A DNA stretch of 64,000 bases, from NCBI RefSeq assembly GCF_009914755.1, contig NC_060933.1, one strand, 5' to 3'. This stretch comes from the human T2T-CHM13v2.0 reference genome, Homo sapiens. The translations under genes were made by a program, and so were the position numbers. Under the pieces are notes generated by a model. That model saw nothing but the letters and a program-made list of their open reading frames with translations, did no database searches and was not told the origin of the DNA. Positions 39,934 to 53,800 of the stretch are shown here, in pieces (within the stretch, counting starts at the first letter, position 1; each line of letters begins with the position of its first letter).

Positions 39934-42900
39934 ATCTTCAAATAAAAACTAGACAGAAGCATTCTCAGAAACTTATTTGCGATGTGTGTCCTCAACTAAC
40001 AGAGTTGAACCTTTCTTTTGATACAACATTTTGGAAACACTCTTTTTGTAGAATCTGCAAGTGGATATTTGAATAGCTTTGAAGGTTTCGTTGGAAACGG
40101 GAATATCTTCATATAAAATCAAGACAGAAGCATTCTCAGAAACTTCTCTGTGATGTTTGCATTCAACTCATAGAGTTGAACACTTCCCTTCATACAGCAG
40201 GCTTGAAACACTCTTTTTGTAATATTTGGAAGTGGACATTTGCAGCGCTTTGAGGCCTATGATGAAAAAGGTAATATCTTCCCATAAAAACTAGACAGAA
40301 GCATTCTCAGAAACTTGTTTGTGATGTGTGTATTCAACTAACAGAGATGAACCTTTCTTTTTACAGAGCAGTTTTGAAACACTCTTTTTGTGGAATCTGA
40401 AAGTGGATATTTGGATAGCTTTGCGGATTTCGTTGGAAACGGGATTACATATAAAATCTAGGGAGAAGCATTCTCAGGAACTTCTTTGTGATGTTTGCAT
40501 TCAAGTCACAGAACTGAACATTCCCTTTCATAGAGCAGGTTTGAAACACTCTTTCTGTGGTATCTGCAAGCGGACGTTTTAAGCGCTTTCAGGCCTGTGG
40601 TGAGAAAGGAAATATCTTCAAATAAAAACTAGACAGAAGCATTCTCAGAAACTTATTTGCGATGTGTGTCCTCAACTAACAGAGTTGAACCTTTCTTTTG
40701 ATACAACATTTTGGAAACACTCTTTTTGTAGAATCTGCAAGTGGATATTTGGATAGCTTTGAAGGTTTCGTTGGAAACGGGAATATCTTCATATGAAATC
40801 AAGACAGAAGCATTCTCAGAAACTTCTCTGTGATGTTTGCATTCAACTCATAGAGTTGAACACTTCCCTTCATACAGCAGGTTTGAAACACTCTTTTTCT
40901 AATATTTGGAAGTGGACATTTGCAGCGCTTTGAGGCCTATGTTGAAAAAGGAAATATCTTCTCCTAAAAACCAGACAGAAGCATTCTCAGAAACTTCCTT
41001 GTGATGTGTGTACTCAAGTAACAGAGTTGAACCTTCCTTTTGACAGAGCAGTTTTGAAGCACTCTTTTTGTAGAATCTGCAAGTGGATATTTTGATACCT
41101 TTGAGGATTTCGTTGGACACGGGATATCTTCATATAAAATCTAGACAGAAGCATTCTCAGAAACTTCTTTGTGCTGTATGTCCTCAATTAACAGAGTTGA
41201 ACCTTTGTGTGGATACAGCATTTTGGAAACATTCCTTTAGTAGAATCTGCAAGTTGATATTTAGATAGCTAGGAAGATTTCCTTGGAAACGGGAATATCT
41301 TCATATAAAATCTAGACGGAAGCATTCTCAGAAAGTGCTTTGTGATGTCTTCATTCAAGTCACAGAGTAGAATGTTCCCTTTTATAGAGCAGGTTTGAAA
41401 CACTCTTTCTGCACTACCTGGAAGTGGACATTTGGAGCGCTTTGAGACCTATGTTGAAAAAGGAAATATCTTCCCATAAAAACTAGACAGAAGCATTCTC
41501 AGAAACTTGTTTGTGATGTGTGTATTCAACTAACAGAGATGAACCTTTCTTTTTACAGAGCAGTTTTGAAACACTCTTTTTGTGGAATCTGAAAGTGGAT
41601 ATTTGGATAGCTTTGAGGATTTCGTTGGAAACGGGATTACATATAAAACCTAGAGAGAAGCATTCTCAGGAACTTCTTTGTGATGTTTGCCTTCAAGTCA
41701 CAGGACTGAACATTCCCTTTCATAGAGCAGGTTTGAAACACTCTTTCTGTAGTATCTGCAAGCTGACGTTTCAAGCGCTTTCAGGCCTATGGTGACAAAG
41801 GAAATATCTTCAAGTAAAAACTAGACAGAAGCATTCTCAGAAACTTATTTGCCATGTGTGTTCTCAACTAACAGAGTTGAACCTTTGTTTTGATACGGCA
41901 TTTTGGAAACACTCTTTTTGTAGAATCTGCAGGTGGATATTCGGATAGCTTTGAAGGTTTCGTTGGAAACGGGAATATCTTCATATAAAATCTAGACGGA
42001 AGCATTCTCAGAAACTGCTTTGTGATGTTTTCATTCAAGTCACAGAGTAGAATGTTCCCTGTTATATACCAGGTTTGAGACACTCTTTCTGCACTACCTG
42101 GAAGTGGACGTTTGGAGCGCTTTGAGGCCTATGGTGAAAAAGGAAATATCTTCCCATAAAAACTAGACAGAAGCATTCTCAGAAACTTGCTTGTGATGTG
42201 TGTATTCAACTAACAGAGATGAACCTTTCTTTTTACAGAGCAGTTTTGAAACACTCTTTTTGTGGAATCTGAAAGTGGATATTTGGATAGCTTTGAGGAT
42301 TTCGTTGGAAACGGGATTACATATAAAACCTAGAGAGAAGCATTCTCAGGAACTTCTTTGTGATGTTTGCATTCAAGTCACAGAACTGAACATTCCCTTT
42401 CATAGAGCAGGTTTGAAACACTCTTTCTGTAGTATCTGCAAGCTGACGTTTCAAGCGCTTTCAGGCCTATGGTGAGAAAGGAAATATCTTCAAGTAAAAA
42501 CTAGACAGAAGCATTCTCAGAAACTTATTTGCGATGTGTGTTCTCAACTAACAGAGTTGAACCTTTGTTTTGATATGGCATTTTGGAAACACTCTTTTTG
42601 TAGAATCTGCAGGTGGATATTCGGATAGCTTTGAAGGTTTCGTTGGAAACGGGAATATCTTCATATAAAATCTAGACGGAAGCATTCTCAGAAACTGCTT
42701 TGTGATGTTTTCATTCAAGTCACAGAGTAGAATGTTCCCTGTTATATACCAGGTTTGAGACACTCTTTCTGCACTACCTGGAAGTGGACATTTGCAGCGC
42801 TTTGAGGCCTATGATGAAAAAGGAAATATCTTCCCATAAAAACTAGACAGAAGCATTCTCAGAAACTTGTTTGTGATGTGTGTATTCAACTAACAGAGAT

Positions 42901-45900
42901 GAACCTTTCTTTTTACAGAGCAGTTTTGAAACACTCTTTTTGTGGAATCTGAAAGTGGATATTTGGATAGCTTTGAGGATTTCGTTGGAAACGGGATTAC
43001 ATATAAAATCTAGAGAGAAGCATTCTCAGGAACTTCTTTGTGATGTTTGCATTCACGTCACAGAACTGAACATTCCATTTCATAGAGCATGTTTGAAACT
43101 CTCTTTCTGTAGTATCTGCAAACGGACATTTCAAACGCTTTCAGGCCTATGGTGAGAAAGGAAATATCTTCAAATAAAAACTAGACAGAAGCATTCTCAG
43201 AAACTTATTTGCGATGTGTGTCCTCAACTAACAGAGTTGAACCTTTCTTTTGATACAACATTTTGGAAACACTCTTTTTGTAGAATCTGCAAGTGGATAT
43301 TTGAATAGCTTTGAAGGTTTCGTTGGAAACGGGAATATCTTCATATAAAATCAAGACAGAAGCATTCTCAGAAACTTCTCTGTGATGTTTGCATTCAACT
43401 CATAGAGTTGAACACTTCCCTTCATACAGGAGGTTTGAAACACTCTTTTTGTAATATTTGGAAGTGGACATTTGCAGCGCTTTGAGGCCTATGTTGAAAA
43501 AGGAAATATCTTCTCCTAAATACCAGACAGAAGGATTCTCAGAAACTTCCTTGTGATGTGTGTACTCAAGTAACAGAGTTGAACCTTCCTTTTGACAGAG
43601 CAGTTTTGAAGCACTCTTTTTGTAGAATCTGCAAGTGGATATTTTGATACCTTTGAGGATTTCGTTAGACACGGGATATCTTCATATAAAATCTAGACAG
43701 AAGCATTCTCAGAAACTTCTTTGTGCTGTATGTCCTCAATTAACAGAGTTGAACCTTTGTGTGGATACAGCATTTTGGAAACATTCCTTTAGTAGAATCT
43801 GCAAGTTGATATTTAGATAGCTAGGAAGATTTCCTTGGAAACGGGAATATCTTCATATAAAATCTAGACGGAAGCATTCTCAGAAAGTGCTTTGTGATGT
43901 TTGCATTCAAGTCACAGAGTTGAATATTCCCTTTTATAGAGCAGGTTTGAAACACTCTTTCTGCACTACCTGGAAGTGGACATTTGGAGCGCTTTGAGGC
44001 CTATGTTGAAAAAGGAAATATCTTCCCATAAAAACTAGACAGAAGCATTCTCAGAAACTTGTTTGTGATGTGTGTATTCAACTAACAGAGATGAACCTTT
44101 CTTTTTACAGAGCAGTTTTGAAACACTCTTTTTGTGGAATCTGAAAGTAGATATTTGGATAGCTTTGAGGATTTCGTTGGAAACGGGATTACATATAAAA
44201 CCTAGAGAGAAGCATTCTCAGGAACTTCTTTGTGATGTTTGCATTCAAGTCACAGAACTGAACATTCCCTTTCATAGAGCAGGTTTGAAACACTCTTTCT
44301 GTAGTATCTGCAAGCTGACGTTTCAAGCGCTTTCAGGCCTATGGTGAGAAAGGAAATATCTTCAAGTAAAAACTAGACAGAAGCATTCTCAGAAACTTAT
44401 TTGCCATGTGTGTTCTCAACTAACAGAGTTGAACCTTTGTTTTGATACGGCATTTTGGAAACACTCTTTTTGTAGAATCTGCAGGTGGATATTCGGATAG
44501 CTTTGAAGGTTTCGTTGGAAACGGGAATATCTTCATATAAAATCTAGACGGAAGCATTCTCAGAAACTGCTTTGTGATGTTTTCATTCAAGTCACAGAGT
44601 AGAATGTTCCCTGTTATATACCAGGTTTGAGACACTCTTTCTGCACTACCTGGAAGTGGACATTTGCAGCGCTTTGAGGCCTATGATGAAAAAGGAAATA
44701 TCTTCCCATAAAAACTAGACAGAAGCATTCTCAGAAACTTGTTTGTGATGTGTGTATTCAACTAACAGAGATGAACCTTTCTTTTTACAGAGCAGTTTTG
44801 AAACACTCTTTTTGTGGAATCTGAAAGTGGATATTTGGATAGCTTTGAGGATTTCGTTGGAAACGGGATTACATATAAAATCTAGAGAGAAGCATTCTCA
44901 GGAACTTCTTTGTGATGTTTGCATTCACGTCACAGAACTGAACATTCCCTTTCATAGAGCATGTTTGAAACACTCTTTCTGTAGTATCTGCAAACGGACA
45001 TTTCAAACGCTTTCAGGCCTATGGTGAGAAAGGAAATATCTTCAAATAAAAACTAGACAGAAGCATTCTCAGAAACTTATTTGCGATGTGTGTCCTCAAC
45101 TAACAGAGTTGAACCTTTCTTTTGATACAACATTTTGGAAACACTCTTTTTGTAGAATCTGCAAGTGGATATTTGAATAGCTTTGAAGGTTTCGTTGGAA
45201 ACGGGAATATCTTCATATAAAATCAAGACAGAAGCATTCTCAGAAACTTCTCTGTGATGTTTGCATTCAACTCATAGAGTTGAACACTTCCCTTCATACA
45301 GCAGGTTTGAAACACTCTTTTTGTAATATTTGGAAGTGGACATTTGCAGCGCTTTGAGGCCTATGATGAAAAACGTAATATCTTCCCATAAAAACTAGAC
45401 AGAAGCATTCTCAGAAACTTGTTTGTGATGTGTGTATTCAACTAACAGAGATGAACCTTTCTTTTTACAGAGCAGTTTTGAAACACTCTTTTTGTGGAAT
45501 CTGAAAGTGGATATTTGGATAGCTTTGCGGATTTCGTTGGAAACGGGATTACATATAAAATCTAGGGAGAAGCATTCTCAGGAACTTCTTTGTGATGTTT
45601 GCATTCAAGTCACAGAACTGAACATTCCCTTTCATAGAGCAGGTTTGAAACACTCTTTCTGTAGTATCTGCAAGCGGACGTTTTAAGCGCTTTCAGGCCT
45701 GTGGTGAGAAAGGAAATATCTTCAAATAAAAACTAGACAGAAGCATTCTCAGAAACTTATTTGCGATGTGTGTCCTCAACTAACAGAGTTGAACCTTTCT
45801 TTTGATACAACATTTTGGAAACACTCTTTTTGTAGAATCTGCAAGTGGATATTTGGATAGCTTTGAAGGTTTCGTTGGAAACGGGAATATCTTCATATGA

Positions 45901-47866
45901 AATCAAGACAGAAGCATTCTCAGAAACTTCTCTGTGATGTTTGCATTCAACTCATAGAGTTGAACACTTCCCTTCATACAGCAGGTTTGAAACACTCTTT
46001 TTCTAATATTTGGAAGTGGACATTTGCAGCGCTTTGAGGCCTATGTTGAAAAAGGAAATATCTTCTCCTAAAAACCAGACAGAAGCATTCTCAGAAACTT
46101 CCTTGTGATGTGTGTACTCAAGTAACAGAGTTGAACCTTCCTTTTGACAGAGCAGTTTTGAAGCACTCTTTTTGTAGAATCTGCAAGTGGATATTTTGAT
46201 ACCTTTGAGGATTTCGTTGGACACGGGATATCTTCATATAAAATCTAGACAGAAGCATTCTCAGAAACTTCTTTGTGCTGTATGTCCTCAATTAACAGAG
46301 TTGAACCTTTGTGTGGATACAGCATTTTGGAAACATTCCTTTAGTAGAATCTGCAAGTTGATATTTAGATAGCTAGGAAGATTTCCTTGGAAACGGGAAT
46401 ATCTTCATATAAAATCTAGACGGAAGCATTCTCAGAAAGTGCTTTGTGATGTTTGCATTCAAGTCACAGAGTTGAATATTCCCTTTTATAGAGTAGGTTT
46501 GAAACACTCTTTCTGCACTACCTGGAAGTGGACATTTGGAGCGCTTTGAGGCCTATGTTGAAAAAGGAAATATCTTCCCATAAAAACTAGACAGAAGCAT
46601 TCTCAGAAACTTGTTTGTGATGTGTGTATTCAACTAACAGAGATGAACCTTTCTTTTTACAGAGCAGTTTTGAAACACTCTTTTTGTGGAATCTGAAAGT
46701 GGATATTTGGATAGCTTTGAGGATTTCGTTGGAAACGGGATTACATATAAAACCTAGAGAGAAGCATTCTCAGGAACTTCTTTGTGATGTTTGCCTTCAA
46801 GTCACAGGACTGAACATTCCCTTTCATAGAGCAGGTTTGAAACACTCTTTCTGTAGTATCTGCAAGCTGACGTTTCATGCGCTTTCAGGCCTATGGTGAG
46901 AAAGGAAATATCTTCAAATAAGAACTAGACAGAAGCATTCTCAGAAACTTATTTGCGATGTGTGTCCTCAACTAACAGAGTTGAACCTTTCTTTTGATAA
47001 AACATTTTGGAACCACTCTTTTTGTAGAATCTGCAAGTGGATATTTGGATAGCTTTGAAGGTTTCGTTGGAAACGGGAATATCTTCATATAAAATCAAGA
47101 CAGAAGCATTCTCAGAAACTTCTCTGTGATGTTTGCATTCAACTCATAGAGTTGAACACTTCCCTTCATACAGCAGGTTTGAAACACTCTTTTTGTAATA
47201 TTTGGAAGTGGACATTTGCAGCGCTTTGAGGCCTATGATGAAAAAGGAAATATCTTCCCATAAAAACTAGACAGAAGCATTCTCAGAAACTTGTTTGTGA
47301 TGTGTGTATTCAACTAACAGAGATGAACCTTTCTTTTTACAGAGCAGTTTTGAAACACTCTTTTTGTGGAATCTGAAAGTGGATATTTGGATAGCTTTGC
47401 GGATTTCGTTGGAAACGGGATTGCATATAAAATCTAGGGAGAAGCATTCTCAGGAACTTCTTTGTGATGTTTGCATTCAAGTCACAGAACTGAACATTCC
47501 CTTTCATAGAGCAGGTTTGAAACACTCTTTCTGTAGTATCTGCAAGCGGACGTTTGAAGCGCTTTCAGGCCTGTGGTGAAAAAGGAAATATCTTCAAATA
47601 AAAACTAGACAGAAGCATTCTCAGAAACTTACTTGCGATGTGTGTTCTCAACTAAAAGAGTTGAACCTTTGTTTGGATACAGCATTTTGGAAACACTCTT
47701 TTTGTAGAATCTGCAAGTGGATATTTGGATAGCTTTGTAGGTTTCGTTGGAAACGGGAATATCTTCATATAAAATCAAGACAGCAGCATTCTCAGAAACT
47801 TCTCTGTGATGTTTGCATTCAACTCATAGAGTTGAACACTTCCCTTCATACAGCAGGTTTGAAACA

Positions 47867-50800
47867 CTCTTTTTCTAATATTTGGAAGTGGACATTTGCA
47901 GCGCTTTGAGGCCTATGTTGAAAAAGGAAATATCTTCTCCTAAAAACCAGACAGAAGCATTCTCAGAAACTTCCTTGTGATGTGTGTACTCAAGTAACAG
48001 AGTTGAACCTTCCTTTTGACAGAGCAGTTTTGAAGCACTCTTTTTGTAGAATCTGCAAGTGGATATTTTGATACCTTTGAGGATTTCGTTGGACACGGGA
48101 TATCTTCATATAAAATCTAGACAGAAGCATTCTCAGAAACTTCTTTGTGCTGTATGTCCTCAATTAACAGAGTTGAACCTTTGTGTGGATACAGCATTTT
48201 GGAAACATTCCTTTAGTAGAATCTGCAAGTTGATATTTAGATAGCTAGGAAGATTTCCTTGGAAACGGGAATATCTTCATATAAAATCTAGACGGAAGCA
48301 TTCTCAGAAAGTGCTTTGTGATGTTTGCATTCAAGTCACAGAGTTGAATATTCCCTTTTATAGAGCAGGTTTGAAACACTCTTTCTGCACTACCTGGAAG
48401 TGGACATTTGGAGCGCTTTGAGGCCTATGTTGAAAAAGGAAATATCTTCCCATAAAAACTAGACAGAAGCATTCTCAGAAACTTGTTTGTGATGTGTGTA
48501 TTCAACTAACAGAGATGAACCTTTCTTTTTACAGAGCAGTTTTGAAACACTCTTTTTGTGGAATCTGAAAGTGGATATTTGGATAGCTTTGAGGATTTCG
48601 TTGGAAACGGGATTACATATAAAACCTAGAGAGAAGCATTCTCAGGAACTTCTTTGTGATGTTTGCCTTCAAGTCACAGGACTGAACATTCCCTTTCATA
48701 GAGCAGGTTTGAAACACTCTTTCTGTAGTATCTGTAAGCTGACGTTTCAAGCGCTTTCAGGCCTATGGTGAGAAAGGAAATATCTTCAAGTAAAAACTAG
48801 ACAGAAGCATTCTCAGAAACTTATTTGCCATGTGTGTTCTCAACTAACAGAGTTGAACCTTTGTTTTGATACGGCATTTTGGAAACACTCTTTTTGTAGA
48901 ATCTGCAGGTGGATATTCGGATAGCTTTGAAGGTTTCGTTGGAAACGGGAATATCTTCATATAAAATCTAGACGGAAGCATTCTCAGAAACTGCTTTGTG
49001 ATGTTTTCATTCAAGTCACAGAGTAGAATGTTCCCTGTTATATACCAGGTTTGAGACACTCTTTCTGCACTACCTGGAAGTGGACGTTTGGAGCGCTTTG
49101 AGGCCTATGTTGAAAAAGGAAATATCTTCCCATAAAAACTAGACAGAAGCATTCTCAGAAACTTGTTTGTGATGTGTGTATTCAACTAACAGAGATGAAC
49201 CTTTCTTTTTACAGAGCAGTTTTGAAACACTCTTTTTGTGGAATCTGAAAGTGGATATTTGGATAGCTTTGAGGATTTCGTTGGAAACGGGATTACATAT
49301 AAAATCTAGAGAGAAGCATTCTCAGGAACTTCTTTGTGATGTTTTCATTCACGTCACAGAACTGAACATTCCCTTTCATAGAGCATGTTTGAAACACTCT
49401 TTCTGTAGTATCTGCAAACGGACATTTCAAACGCTTTCAGGCCTATGGTGAGAAAGGAAATATCTTCAAATAAAAACTAGACAGAAGCATTCTCAGAAAC
49501 TTATTTGCGATGTGTGTCCTCAACTAACAGAGTTGAACCTTTCTTTTGATACAACATTTTGGAAACACTCTTTTTGTAGAATCTGCAAGTGGATATTTGG
49601 ATAGCTTTGAAGGTTTCGTTGGAAACGGGAATATCTTCATATAAAATCAAGACAGAAGCATTCTCAGAAACTTCTCTGTGATGTTTGCATTCAACTCATA
49701 GAGTTGAACACTTCCCTTCATACAGCAGGTTTGAAACACTCTTTTTCTAATATTTGGAAGTGGACATTTGCAGCGCTTTGAGGCCTATGTTAAAAAAGGA
49801 AATATCTTCTCCTAAAAACCAGACAGAAGCATTCTCAGAAACTTCCTTGTGATGTGTGTACTCAAGTAACAGAGTTGAACCTTCCTTTTGACAGAGCAGT
49901 TTTGAAGCAGTCTTTTTGTGGAATCTGCAAGTGGATATTTTGATACCTTTGAGGATTTCGTTGGACACGGGATATCTTCATATAAAATCTAGACAGAAGC
50001 ATTCTCAGAAACTTCTTTGTGCTGTCTGTCCTCAATTAACAGAGTTGAACCTTTGTGTGGATACAGCATTTTGGAAACATTCCTTTAGTAGAATCTGCAA
50101 GTTGATATTTAGATAGCTAGGAAGATTTCCTTGGAAACGGGAATATCTTCATATAAAATCTAGACGGAAGCATTCTCAGAAAGTGCTTTGTGATGTTTGC
50201 ATTCAAGTCACAGAGTTGAATATTCCCTTTTATAGAGCAGGTTTGAAACACTCTTTCTGCACTACCTGGAAGTGGACATTTGGAGCGCTTTGAGGCCTAT
50301 GTTGAAAAAGGAAATATCTTCCCATAAAAACTAGACAGAAGCATTCTCAGAAACTTGTTTGTGATGTGTGTATTCAACTAACAGAGATGAACCTTTCTTT
50401 TTACAGAGCAGTTTTGAAACACTCTTTTTGTGGAATCTGAAAGTGGATATTTGGATAGCTTTGAGGATTTCGTTGGAAACGGGATTACATATAAAACCTA
50501 GAGAGAAGCATTCTCAGGAACTTCTTTGTGATGTTTGCATTCAAGTCACAGAACTGAACATTCCCTTTCATAGAGCAGGTTTGAAACACTCTTTCTGTAG
50601 TATCTGCAAGCTGACGTTTCAAGCGCTTTCAGGCCTATGGTGAGAAAGGAAATATCTTCAAGTAAAAAGTAGACAGAAGCATTCTCAGAAACTTATTTGC
50701 GATGTGTGTTCTCAACTAGCAGAGTTGAACCTTTGTTTTGATATGGCATTTTGGAAACACTCTTTTTGTAGAATCTGCAGGTGGATATTCGGATAGCTTT

Positions 50801-53800
50801 GAAGGTTTCGTTGGAAACGGGAATATCTTCATATAAAATCTAGACGGAAGCATTCTCAGAAACTGCTTTGTGATGTTTTCATTCAAGTCACAGAGTAGAA
50901 TGTTCCCTGTTATATACCAGGTTTGAGACACTCTTTCTGCACTACCTAGAAGTGGACATTTGGAGCGCTTTGAGGCCTATGATGAAAAAGGAAATATCTT
51001 CCCATAAAAACTAGACAGAAGCATTCTCAGAAACTTGTTTGTGATGTGTGTATTCAACTAACAGAGATGAAACTTTCTTTTTACAGAGCAGTTTTGAAAC
51101 ACTCTTTTTGTGGAATCTGAAAGTGGATATTTGGATAGCTTTGAGGATTTCGTTGGAAACGGGATTACATATAAAATCTAGAGAGAAGCATTCTCAGGAA
51201 CTTCTTTGTGATGTTTGCATTCACGTCACAGAACTGAACATTCCCTTTCATAGAGCATGTTTGAAACACTCTTTCTGTAGTATCTGCAAACGGACATTTC
51301 AAACGCTTTCAGGCCTATGGTGAGAAAGGAAATATCTTCAAATAAAAACTAGACAGAAGCATTCTCAGAAACTTATTTGCGATGTGTGTCCTCAACTAAC
51401 AGAGTTGAACCTTTCTTTTGATACAACATTTTGGAAACACTCTTTTTGTAGAATCTGCAAGTGGATATTTGAATAGCTTTGAAGGTTTCGTTGGAAACGG
51501 GAATATCTTCATATAAAATCAAGACAGAAGCATTCTCAGAAACTTCTCTGTGATGTTTGCATTCAACTCATAGAGTTGAACACTTCCCTTCATACAGCAG
51601 GTTTGAAACACTCTTTTTCTAATATTTGGAAGTGGACATTTGCAGCGCTTTGAGGCCTATGTTGAAAAAGGAAATATCTTCTCCTAAAAACCAGACAGAA
51701 GCATTCTCAGAAACTTCCTTGTGATGTGTGTACTCAAGTAACAGAGTTGAACCTTCCTTTTGACAGAGCAGTTTTGAAGCACTCTTTTTGTAGAATCTGC
51801 AAGTGGATATTTTGATACCTTTGAGGATTTCGTTGGACACGGGATATCTTCATATAAAATCTAGACAGAAGCATTCTCAGAAACTTCTTTGTGCTGTATG
51901 TCCTCAATTAACAGAGTTGAACCTTTGTGTGGATACAGCATTTTGGAAACATTCCTTTAGTAGAATCTGCAAGTTGATATTTAGATAGCTAGGAAGATTT
52001 CCTTGGAAACGGGAATATCTTCATATAAAATCTAGACGGAAGCATTCTCAGAAAGTGCTTTGTGATGTTTGCATTCAAGTCACAGAGTTGAATATTCCCT
52101 TTTATAGAGCAGGTTTGAAACACTCTTTCTGCACTACCTGGAAGTGGACATTTGGAGCGCTTTGAGGCCTATGTTGAAAAAGGAAATATCTTCCCATAAA
52201 AACTAGACAGAAGCATTCTCAGAAACTTGTTTGTGATGTGTGTATTCAACTAACAGAGATGAACCTTTCTTTTTACAGAGCAGTTTTGAAACACTCTTTT
52301 TGTGGAATCTGAAAGTGGATATTTGGATAGCTTTGAGGATTTCGTTGGAAACGGGATTACATATAAAACCTAGAGAGAAGCATTCTCAGGAACTTCTTTG
52401 TGATGTTTGCATTCAAGTCACAGAACTGAACATTCCCTTTCATAGAGCAGGTTTGAAACACTCTTTCTGTAGTATCTGCAAGCTGACGTTTCAAGCGCTT
52501 TCAGGCCTATGGTGAGAAAGGAAATATCTTCAAGTAAAAACTAGACAGAAGCATTCTCAGAAACTTATTTGCCATGTGTGTTCTCAACTAACAGAGTTGA
52601 ACCTTTGTTTTGATACGGCATTTTGGAAACACTCTTTTTGTAGAATCTGCAGGTGGATATTCGGATAGCTTTGAAGGTTTCGTTGGAAACGGGAATATCT
52701 TCATATAAAATCTAGACGGAAGCATTCTCAGAAACTGCTTTGTGATGTTTTCATTCAAGTCACAGAGTAGAATGTTCCCTGTTATATACCAGGTTTGAGA
52801 CACTCTTTCTGCACTACCTGGAAGTGGACGTTTGGAGCGCTTTGAGGCCTATGTTGAAAAAGGAAATATCTTCCCATAAAAACTAGACAGAAGCATTCTC
52901 AGAAACTTGTTTGTGATGTGTGTATTCAACTAACAGAGATGAACCTTTCTTTTTACAGAGCAGTTTTGAAACACTCTTTTTGTGGAATCTGAAAGTGGAT
53001 ATTTGGATAGCTTTGAGGATTTCGTTGGAAACGGGATTACATATAAAACCTAGAGAGAAGCATTCTCAGGAACTTCTTTGTGATGTTTGCATTCAAGTCA
53101 CAGAACTGAACATTCCCTTTCATAGAGCAGGTTTGAAACACTCTTTCTGTAGTATCTGCAAGCTGACGTTTCAAGCGCTTTCAGGCCTATGGTGAGAAAG
53201 GAAATATCTTCAAGTAAAAACTAGACAGAAGCATTCTCAGAAACTTATTTGCGATGTGTGTTCTCAACTAACAGAGTTGAACCTTTGTTTTGATATGGCA
53301 TTTTGGAAACACTCTTTTTGTAGAATCTGCAGGTGGATATTCGGATAGCTTTGAAGGTTTCATTGGAAACGGGAATATCTTCATATAAAATCTAGACGGA
53401 AGCATTCTCAGAAACTGCTTTGTGATGTTTTCATTCAAGTCACAGAGTAGAATGTTCCCTGTTATATACCAGGTTTGAGACACTCTTTCTGCACTACCTG
53501 GAAGTGGACATTTGCAGCGCTTTGAGGCCTATGATGAAAAAGGAAATATCTTCCCATAAAAACTAGACAGAAGCATTCTCAGAAACTTGTTTGTGATGTG
53601 TGTATTCAACTAACAGAGATGAACCTTTCTTTTTACAGAGCAGTTTTGAAACACTCTTTTTGTGGAATCTGAAAGTGGATATTTGGATAGCTTTGAGGAT
53701 TTCGTTGGAAACGGGATTACATATAAAATCTAGAGAGAAGCATTCTCAGGAACTTCTTTGTGATGTTTGCATTCACGTCACAGAACTGAACATTCCCTTT

